Below, piece after piece: positions 1-7,190 of a stretch of 34,443 bases of DNA. The notes under the pieces are model-generated. The model was given only the letters and a program-made list of their open reading frames with translations, was not told where the DNA came from and did not search any database. Source of the stretch: a virus. Lineage: Duplodnaviria; Caudoviricetes. Both the position numbers and the translations under genes were made by a program. The stretch spans positions 1 through 34,443 of IMG/VR virus record IMGVR_UViG_3300025082_000031; one strand, written 5' to 3'. The stretch's first letter is position 1, and every line of letters starts with the position of its first letter.

Positions 1-134
1 TTGCATTTCTCCAGTAGATATCCCCGCTGCTTTCATAAATACACCGCCGATCTGCGGAGGTGGTGGCATCGGCACTGGAGTCAAATGCCACCGTTCGCAG
101 CTCGGTTGCATCATTTGCATTGAATCCCAGATCA
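1..134 (+). repeat. Terminal direct repeat, left copy (circularisation overlap)
   Basis: 1-134 equals 34310-34443 except C126 vs T34435. Confidence 0.97.
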
Positions 135-295
135 GCATTGATGTTGATGCCTGCCGGAGTGATTTGAACACCCTTTCCACTAGAGTGGTCGTGAGCGTCA
201 ATGAGTGTCCAGTTCGTTTCGGTATTCGCCGCCCAATCTGGTCCAGAGGTGACGCCTACGCTTGATTGCGTCAAACTCATGTTTGTGGTGGCCAT
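1..295 (-). CDS. Tail fibre/spike-like virion protein, N-terminal part; continues across the junction into 34309-33339 (421 aa total)
   Basis: ATG at 295 with AAGGAG RBS; MATTNMSLTQSSVGVTSGPDWAANTETNWTLIDAHDHSSGKGVQITPAG...; open and in frame with the 33339..34400 ORF. Confidence 0.85.
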   Translation of the reverse strand, partial: MATTNMSLTQSSVGVTSGPDWAANTETNWTLIDAHDHSSGKGVQITPAGININADLGFNANDATELRTVAFDSSADATTSADRRCIYESSGDIYWRNA

Positions 296-304
296 TTTAC
301 TCCT

Positions 305-619
305 TTAGAAAAAATAGATGTCCGCCGTGGCCGTGGCCGATGCTTTCAAAATGATGGTCCGATCCGGCGTGTCGTTTGTGCTGCTGCTTTCATAAATCAC
401 TGAATTGGATTTTAACCGAGTGATGATAAACCCCTCATATTGCCTTCCGAGTTTGTGGTCAATCGCCGTGTCTGAGGTTGCAATTGAAAGATTGGTTTGA
501 AGTACACCATCTGAGATCGGCAGCTCAAGCAGCGGGTCCAGAGTGGTTTTTATATGTGACTGTAACCTGGTGACTTCCTCATCTGGTGACCATATCTGGG
601 TGAAATTAACCCGGCTCAT
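305..619 (-). CDS. Hypothetical virion protein (104 aa)
   Basis: ORF coupled (TGATG) to the upstream gene in the structural operon. Confidence 0.75.
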   Translation of the reverse strand: MSRVNFTQIWSPDEEVTRLQSHIKTTLDPLLELPISDGVLQTNLSIATSDTAIDHKLGRQYEGFIITRLKSNSVIYESSSTNDTPDRTIILKASATATADIYFF

Positions 620-951
620 CAGCTCTTCAGGGTGTAAGTCACTGAAATGGTTGCCCCAGTTCCATCTGAAGTATGATCATAAAAGAACCGGGTGTACCGG
701 GCATACAGATCATCTTCCAGGAGGTTTGTTTCACCTCCAGAAATACTTGCAGTTGCACCATTGACCCAGGTGCTATCATCATTTGAGTGTTGGATGTATA
801 TTTCAGCCACTGGAGTTCCTGTGCTGGTATTGACTGCAACCATACAAACCTTGCGGAATTGTGCTGCATCAATCGTGTCTCCGGTGACATCACCGGATGC
901 ATCGCCACTGCTTATGTAGCCAGTGACATTCCTATATTGAACTGGGTTCAT
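619..951 (-). CDS. Hypothetical beta-rich virion protein (likely start MNPVQ at 951)
   Basis: GAGGA RBS before ATG 951; Thr/Ser/Gly-rich; in structural operon. Confidence 0.7.
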   Translation of the reverse strand: MNPVQYRNVTGYISSGDASGDVTGDTIDAAQFRKVCMVAVNTSTGTPVAEIYIQHSNDDSTWVNGATASISGGETNLLEDDLYARYTRFFYDHTSDGTGATISVTYTLKS

Positions 952-964
952 AGTATCCTCGGCA

Positions 965-1849
965 TTATAGGTAGTTAAAATAATTGGAACCGGTGTAATA
1001 GGAAGACACATCAGTCACGGTGACTGGTTCTCCTAAATCTCTCATTTCTGAAACTGCTGTAATCCTTGCCCTCAACTGTTCCTTCTCCATTGTCAGTGCA
1101 GTGATATCTGCCTCTTCCTTAACCAGACAATCCGTTGCGGCGGTGACAATCACAAAACTGTCCCATCCGGAGAAGAAATCAAAACGGGATTCAACTGATC
1201 CAAAAGTCGTGGGATCACTCAAGCCGCTGCTGTCGAGATCCGTTGTGATGGTTGTTGCGCCTACTGCAGAAATCGTTTGATCCACATTATAATCGGCAGC
1301 AACCAAAAAACCGGTTCCAGTGATGGTATCTCCAGCCACAAAACCATGGGCTGATCCTACGGTCCACATGGTCGTGGACCCGCGTGTAATCGCCGTCACT
1401 GTTTTCTCAAGAAACTTTTTCGGACTTGGAACATACCAGACGGTGAGGGTGTCATTGGTTGAGGGTTTCGGATTAATCCGCAGAGTTGATGCTTGGATGT
1501 GGTAGCGCATCCGCCTTGCAACGGAATAGCGGCTGCCAGTGTTACGTTGACTAAAATTATAACGGTGCAAAGGGATGGAGTCTGAACCTACATTCAAATC
1601 CACCCCTCGCATTTTGTAAAAATCAGATGGAAGATCGTAACTTTGAGTACCAGATACCAACTGCACGGAACTTGAGATCAGGAAATAATCTTCGGAGTTT
1701 GCACTGGTGACAATTAAGTCATACAACTCAGCATATCCCCTGTTTATGTACCGCAGCATTTCAGTGTCTGTTATGAATTGAGAGTTTTCCATATCGGCAC
1801 GCTGCCGGCATAAAGTTCTCAATTCGCTCAAAGCTACATAATCAGTCAT
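965..1849 (-). CDS. Head-tail adaptor / tail tubular protein A-like
   Basis: N-terminal LSELRTLCRQRADM...YINRGYAELYD helices and YDLPSDF motif typical of podovirus adaptors; downstream of capsid gene. Confidence 0.7.
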   Translation of the reverse strand: MTDYVALSELRTLCRQRADMENSQFITDTEMLRYINRGYAELYDLIVTSANSEDYFLISSSVQLVSGTQSYDLPSDFYKMRGVDLNVGSDSIPLHRYNFSQRNTGSRYSVARRMRYHIQASTLRINPKPSTNDTLTVWYVPSPKKFLEKTVTAITRGSTTMWTVGSAHGFVAGDTITGTGFLVAADYNVDQTISAVGATTITTDLDSSGLSDPTTFGSVESRFDFFSGWDSFVIVTAATDCLVKEEADITALTMEKEQLRARITAVSEMRDLGEPVTVTDVSSYYTGSNYFNYL

Positions 1850-1850
1850 A

Positions 1851-2084
1851 TCAATAGCTCATATAGATTCCATGGATGGCATCAAGGATACCGTGCGTGT
1901 CACCGTCTTGGACGGCGGCCACCAGTTCCTCTGCCATGCCATGCTGTTCATCAGAGTATTCGGAAACCTCTTCTTCCATTTCTTCAGTTTCACCAAATTC
2001 CATTTCTTCTTCTTCCATCATGTCCGGGGGATTTTTTTTACCCTTCCCCAGAATCATGATGGCGGTTTCTTTTGGTCCATACAT
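1851..2084 (-). CDS. Small acidic hypothetical protein (77 aa)
   Basis: GGAGG RBS; Glu-rich; tight operon packing. Confidence 0.75.
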   Translation of the reverse strand: MYGPKETAIMILGKGKKNPPDMMEEEEMEFGETEEMEEEVSEYSDEQHGMAEELVAAVQDGDTHGILDAIHGIYMSY

Positions 2085-2093
2085 ACACCCTCC

Positions 2094-2471
2094 TTATTGG
2101 GTGAGTGATGTATTCCGCATAAAAACCACAAAGTGGACTATGGGTCCGGTGAGATCCACCGGCGGTGTCCCGCCGATGTCTTCCAGATCATAGTCGTGGA
2201 TGATGAAACTTGATGTACCTACATCACTCGTATTCAGCACGATGTTGGACGCCGCCTCAGAATCCAGTTCAAAAGTGGTCTGTACCGAGAGGATTCCTGG
2301 ATAGGAATCAGCAAAGGTAACTTTCCATTTTCCTGTTCCTGTGCGTGTCACAGAAAATCCAGTCCCGGTGTATACCGAGGGATCAGATGTGCCTTTGGTC
2401 ACAAATGATCCTGGAAGGATTTTCAATTCCGGCTGCAGTGCCTGCGTTCCATAAAATGTTTTATTGGCCAT
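2094..2471 (-). CDS. Putative head decoration / minor structural protein
   Basis: AAGGAGG RBS; immediately after capsid gene; SVTRTGTGKWKVTF beta motif. Confidence 0.6.
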   Translation of the reverse strand: MANKTFYGTQALQPELKILPGSFVTKGTSDPSVYTGTGFSVTRTGTGKWKVTFADSYPGILSVQTTFELDSEAASNIVLNTSDVGTSSFIIHDYDLEDIGGTPPVDLTGPIVHFVVFMRNTSLTQ

Positions 2472-2483
2472 CAGACCTCCTTA

Positions 2484-3412
2484 TCAAGATGGAAGGGTGA
2501 TCACGCAATTGAAACCTGGAGCTTCACAAGCAAGTTGTCCGTAGGAATGAACTCTACATTCAACGCCGTCATCTGCGGATTGCCGCAAAACGCGTAAGCC
2601 ATCGAGTTCTGTGAGCTGAACCACTGGACCAATTGACATTAAAGACCAACGTTTCAGTTCCAATAAAAATGCCGTTGATTCGGGGCATGATTTATCGGGG
2701 ATGATTTTCACAATTCCATGCGGTGCATAGAAATCAAGCGTCCGATATCCGGAAATGGAATCACTTTGCTTGACCTCACGCTGCACTTGTGCATTAAGTG
2801 TTTTTTCAATTTTGACGAAATCGGCAAATGAACAGAACAGGTAATCCGGCTTTCCGCCTTCTCTTGCTGTGATTGCGGCTGCTTCGATGAGGGACTCCAC
2901 GATTGTCATCGAGGAACCATCGAGACGCTGGCCACCCAAACGGGTTGCATCAGTGCTTCGGTCCTGACCGAAAAAGCTTTCTCCACCTGACGGTGCAGTA
3001 GTTGGCAGCCACCCTTCCATTCCAGTGATTGTTTCATCATAATTTCCCTGGACATATAAATAGTCCGATTGGGCAACCGCGGCGATGCCTGCAGTCAAAT
3101 TTCCTGTGCAGGTAATCTGATCGCTTGTGGCAGTTCTGTCGATTGATTGGATGGTGATGGTTCCAGATCGAACTGATCCACCTGTTTTGGTTCCGGATGC
3201 CTGCAGGACCATTCCCACCTCAAAATTGGTCACATCCGTGTCCTTGACCAAGTCAATGACAGCAGATCCAACCGTTGTTGAAGTTGAAATTTGACCTATG
3301 GCACCAGATCCATCCCGATAAAGGGCAGTGGCAATTGAATCACCAACTGATCTGAGAACACCGTCAATTTCAGTGGTCATCGCATTCAAAAAACTGAATC
3401 GATCACCTTCCG
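2484..3412 (-). CDS. Major capsid protein, exon 3 (929 nt)
   Basis: Begins CG|GAA GGT GAT after the intron terminal G at 3413; contains the 301-aa track ORF; position after scaffold gene. Confidence 0.88.
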
Positions 3413-3658
3413 CATTATCTTCACCCAGGTTCGCTATTTCTGGGCCGCCTTTCGGCTGCTGCAGATTCGACTCTGCAGATGGGACTATATCATCACCCTT
3501 ATCGGGTGCGGTGCGCTTCGGATCGCTTGATCCTACTCCTTGCGGATAGTCTCTGAACCTTCCTCATTTGAGGCTTGGCTGCTGATCGGCAGTTCCTGCT
3601 TTCCCAGCAATTCACACCGTTTGCATCAAACATTTCTATCTGATGGCCCTGGATGTTA
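3413..3658 (-). ncRNA. Group I self-splicing intron 2 of the capsid gene (246 nt, no ORF)
   Basis: P1 exon GCCU paired with GGGC, U-G at splice site; P AAUUGCUGGGAA; Q GAUCAGCAGCCAAG; R GGUUCAGAGACUA; S AUGAUAUAGUCC; P3 CGGUGUG/CGCACCG; two short stems between P7 and P3'; terminal G; splicing yields ..AA-S(UCG)-EGD.. Confidence 0.93.
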
Positions 3659-3836
3659 AGGCAGCGACTGCTTCACCGGCGATGGTTGCAACTCCATACG
3701 CGGTTTTCCGCGTCATGAGGAATTCACCAATCTTGGATGCAGTTGCGTTTGATTGTGCAGTGGAAAACACTGCAGAAACGCCCTGTGGGCGATTGAAATA
3801 TACCGGTATGGGAGCATTTTTCCCTCTAAATTTTTC
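3659..3836 (-). CDS. Major capsid protein, exon 2 (178 nt)
   Basis: Stop-free EKFRGKNAPIPVYFNRPQGVSAVFSTAQSNATASKIGEFLMTRKTAYGVATIAGEAVAA between the two introns. Confidence 0.88.
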
Positions 3837-4069
3837 CAGATTGTTATCACGGCTTTTTTAATTACCGTTTCTGCATATTGTCTATGCAGCTCAGACTATT
3901 TCATCACCAGTGGTGTCGGACGCTCGTGGGCGGGTTATTGTTGGGACTCACCGCCTAGTCGTTGAACCTTCCAGGAAACCGTTGCCCTTCCTGGCTTGGC
4001 TGCAGATTGCCCTCGGCTTTACGTTAGGGGTTCCCTGCAATTCATCCGATTTTAAAAGGACAAGTGTCT
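3837..4069 (-). ncRNA. Group I self-splicing intron 1 of the capsid gene (233 nt, no ORF)
   Basis: P1 exon AAAGGAU paired with GUCCUUU, U-G at splice site; P AAUUGCAGGGAA; Q AAUCUGCAGCCAAG; R GGUUCAACGACUA; S AUGAAAUAGUCU; P3 UCGGAUG/CGUCCGA; P8 and P9 hairpins; terminal G at 3837. Confidence 0.93.
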
Positions 4070-4189
4070 ATCCTTTGGGACTAACTCCATAAAAGGATGA
4101 GAGTCGTACACTACCTTTGCCACCTCCGCAGCACGGTAGTATTGTTTGAGGGCATTATCCCACGCCGCGAGGGTCGTGGCAGTTGCCAT
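4070..4189 (-). CDS. Major capsid protein, exon 1 (120 nt); spliced CDS 1227 nt = 408 aa
   Basis: MATATTLAAWDNALKQYYRAAEVAKVVYDSHPFMELVPKD; ATG about 40 nt downstream of the scaffold stop; 120+178+929 nt is one open frame. Confidence 0.88.
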
Positions 4190-4228
4190 GAGAATCTTTC
4201 TGGCGCTTCCATGCGCCACCTGGACTGT

Positions 4229-5128
4229 TTAGCTTCTCACACTCGTATCAAATACTGCTAGTGCTTCTTCCAGGCGTTCCCGCTTGGTTAGAGGCGCCCG
4301 CGATTTAGACGGCGTAGAAGCAGAGACTTTGTTTCTTAAAGTTCTCTTGCGTGTCCTTTGAGATTCCGATGGCGTGTCCTGAGATGGGCCATCATCGGTA
4401 TGGCCCAAGAGCTTCTTCATCTTGGCAGAAGATGCCAAGGATCGCGTCTGCTCTTCATAAAAATCCTCCACTTCCCGGAGGATATCATGTTCCGGCTTAA
4501 TGGTTCCAGATGTAGTGGCCGTGATTTTCTGCATCTCCAGAATAGTCGGCCATGCATTGTCCCATTGAGCGCGGAGCAATTCGTATTTATCGTCAGTCTC
4601 AACGATGTTTTTTAATTTTGCAACATAATCATTAACTTGTTTCTGTTTCTCCATTGATTCCAGCTTTGCCAAACGCTGCTCGACTTCGGGACTTTGTTTG
4701 TTTGTGGCTACTGGTTTCCCATCTGACAAGACTTGTTTGGTTGCATCCTGGTAGTTCCAACCCACTTTATTGACTGCAGTCATCATATCCCCAGAATCTG
4801 CAGCTGCTTTTGCTTCCTGGAATGGTTTTAATTCTTCTTTTAACTTTTGAAGTTCTTGCCGTTCTTTTTGAAGTCGGCGTTCTTTTTGAGCCACTTTTGA
4901 AAATGCACGACTGATTCTAGGCTGCTCCGGTTCTGCATCTTCTGTGGTTTCAACTTCTGCAGTTTCAGTTTCAGCTTCAACTTCTGCAGGATCATCCACC
5001 TCTGGAGCTTCTTCAATCTCTGCACTATCTTCTGCTTCTGTGGTTTCAGCCCCGCGTCCTTTGGACTCAAGCCATGCATCCACACCGGCCTGGTCTTCTG
5101 GCGGTAAAGTTTCTAGTTCTTCACTCAT
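4229..5128 (-). CDS. Capsid scaffolding protein
   Basis: Acidic low-complexity N-terminus, coiled coil, basic C-terminus; between portal and capsid genes. Confidence 0.75.
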   Translation of the reverse strand: MSEELETLPPEDQAGVDAWLESKGRGAETTEAEDSAEIEEAPEVDDPAEVEAETETAEVETTEDAEPEQPRISRAFSKVAQKERRLQKERQELQKLKEELKPFQEAKAAADSGDMMTAVNKVGWNYQDATKQVLSDGKPVATNKQSPEVEQRLAKLESMEKQKQVNDYVAKLKNIVETDDKYELLRAQWDNAWPTILEMQKITATTSGTIKPEHDILREVEDFYEEQTRSLASSAKMKKLLGHTDDGPSQDTPSESQRTRKRTLRNKVSASTPSKSRAPLTKRERLEEALAVFDTSVRS

Positions 5129-7008
5129 ACTGGTAATCCTTCTTGCTGCGGCATTGCCGCGTCAATGGTTTCAGTCATTGGTGTTTCCAAACCTGGAATG
5201 GCTGCACCTTCCAATCCTTCTAATCCAGGAATTCCTGGAGCAGCTGCTGCGGCTTCTCCTCCTGGCATCTCAGGTCCGGTGGCCTGGCCTTGTTGCATCA
5301 AGGCATCACATTCATCAATGAACTGCAGCATCATGTTCAGTTTATCAAGTTCCAATGAATCCTGCTCGGCTTCCAGATAGGCAATGGTCATCCGTTCCTT
5401 TGCATAAATGAGGTCCATCATCGGTTCTGGTGCATGGTATTTAGAATCCTCCAGGATCTCGGAAATCCGCCACTCGACATCACGTTCCAGTGCATCATAA
5501 AGGGATGTGACACTTTCCAGATCTGGAAAATCCAACAGCCGGATGATGTGTTCTCGTCTTTTAATCACTCCACTCTGGACCAACTCGGTGACAGCCTGCA
5601 GCCGCCCTGCCGGGGTTGATGGTAGAAGACTGACCGGGTATGCCTGGAGAACATAATCTTTTTCTGCCATGTCGATATCTTTAAAATCAAGTTCCTCCAG
5701 GGCGCGTCTTTTAAATCCTTTAACTGGAAATGATCCGGATTCACTGACAATCTCGCGTGCAAGATCCTGGAACCATTTGGCTGCATCCATGTATGCTTTT
5801 TCATACTTCTGACCTACCGTGATAAAACGCTCGGTTTCAATGTCATGATACGTTCTCAATGCAGCACCACTGTCCAACCCGGCAGGTTTTTTGCCGGTTG
5901 CAGATAATTCCGAAACGCCTGCAATTTCATAGGCACGTTGGTACAGCCGATCCAGATGGGAATAGACTTCGGATGACATCGCAGTAGGTGTGTACGAAAT
6001 CGGCGGCTGACCTACGTAGTTGACTATGGTTCCAGGGTTATTTCTTAAACTGGATTCCACCACCCGGCTGCCATGTGCCACAAAGATCCAAGGTACACTA
6101 ACCAAGTGCATCGCCTGCTGAATGCGGAGGGCGAGTTTGTTGATTTCAAACTGGATTGATTTGAGAGATTCCACCAGGGAGATCCCTGACCATCCAAGGA
6201 CTGAATCACCCCAGGTCATGGTCACAAATGGATAAGTATTATAGTTATATTGTTCATCCACCAAGACTAGATTATCCATGGTGATCGCGTGCTTGCCGTC
6301 ATCGGCACCATTGATTGACGGCAGATGCCATGATTCGACAACTTCAACCATTTCCGCATCATGCCCCTCTTCACCGAAATAATCACTGTCTGAAGAATTG
6401 GAATAATAGATGATCTGTTCCTCATATTCTGGAAAGTTCAGAATCATCTGCTGCAGAGGCACACGTTTCACCTGGTGCAGGGATGGTGGAGTTTCCGAAT
6501 ACATCGCCGCATTGAGATCCCACAAAAGTTCATTTGGAAAAACACGTTCTGCAAATATCTCAGAACCCTCCCGGCCTACTTTCATTGCAGCCAAATCAAA
6601 GATGCACGCATCCTGGAAGATTTTAGGCATCAGAGCATAAAGATCCACCTGGTGGAACAGACCCTCCATGGCATCAGTCAACTTCTTTGCACGGGTCCGC
6701 AGCCGATAATCACCACGTTTGGTCATGTACATGGGGCGTGGCCGAGACTTGCCAAGGCGGGAAACCAGGGTGTCTGTTATGTTTCCTACCACATTAAGAC
6801 GCATCCTAAAGTCCTCCGCCATTGGCAGGCCGATCCGCATCGATGGTTCAAACCTGTCGAGTGCTTCATAATTTCTTTGGGTGTACATCCGGAGCATGTC
6901 GATGTTCAGCTGCATCCGGCCCACATGGTCCTCTTTGAGCTGGTTGATTGTCTGGGTTAGGCGGTTTCCCAGCTCGTCTTCATTATCTGCTTGCCACCAA
7001 AATGCCAT
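5125..7008 (-). CDS. Portal protein
   Basis: 627 aa, helical; LKSIQFEINKL and SGAALR motifs of P22-like portals; between terL and scaffold. Confidence 0.85.
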   Translation of the reverse strand: MAFWWQADNEDELGNRLTQTINQLKEDHVGRMQLNIDMLRMYTQRNYEALDRFEPSMRIGLPMAEDFRMRLNVVGNITDTLVSRLGKSRPRPMYMTKRGDYRLRTRAKKLTDAMEGLFHQVDLYALMPKIFQDACIFDLAAMKVGREGSEIFAERVFPNELLWDLNAAMYSETPPSLHQVKRVPLQQMILNFPEYEEQIIYYSNSSDSDYFGEEGHDAEMVEVVESWHLPSINGADDGKHAITMDNLVLVDEQYNYNTYPFVTMTWGDSVLGWSGISLVESLKSIQFEINKLALRIQQAMHLVSVPWIFVAHGSRVVESSLRNNPGTIVNYVGQPPISYTPTAMSSEVYSHLDRLYQRAYEIAGVSELSATGKKPAGLDSGAALRTYHDIETERFITVGQKYEKAYMDAAKWFQDLAREIVSESGSFPVKGFKRRALEELDFKDIDMAEKDYVLQAYPVSLLPSTPAGRLQAVTELVQSGVIKRREHIIRLLDFPDLESVTSLYDALERDVEWRISEILEDSKYHAPEPMMDLIYAKERMTIAYLEAEQDSLELDKLNMMLQFIDECDALMQQGQATGPEMPGGEAAAAAPGIPGLEGLEGAAIPGLETPMTETIDAAMPQQEGLPV

Positions 7009-7190
7009 TAGGACTCCTGGTATTCTCGGATTAGACTATTTTCAGAAGGAAGTGCAGGCATTTTCAGTTCCGGCATTTCCTGGTAAAATTTCACTTTCAA
7101 ACCATGTCCTTCAAACTCTGCCACCCGGTTTTCACTGAGGTATTTGATCAAATCTCTGGAATCTTCCAGGGTTGTTACTTTACGCAGCAC
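7008..7190 (-). CDS. Hypothetical protein (60 aa)
   Basis: Overlaps both neighbours (TAATG coupling to portal); AG-rich RBS. Confidence 0.65.
   Translation of the reverse strand: MLRKVTTLEDSRDLIKYLSENRVAEFEGHGLKVKFYQEMPELKMPALPSENSLIREYQES

Noticed and set aside
1-134. Biological terminal repeat of the virion DNA
   Set aside because: It falls mid-gene and looks like an assembly overlap of a circular or permuted molecule
2484-3389. Track ORF as the complete capsid protein, or the region as a pseudogene or frameshift
   Set aside because: TTG start lacks an RBS; the upstream exons and intact intron structures explain the interruption with exact frame restoration
3756-3774. TGCAGTG-N5-CACTGCA hairpin in capsid exon 2
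   Set aside because: Short stem within coding sequence; could be chance and is not needed for either intron fold
3328-4092. Plus-strand ORFs of 60-73 aa as intron-encoded endonucleases
   Set aside because: Antisense to the introns, short, and no nuclease motifs
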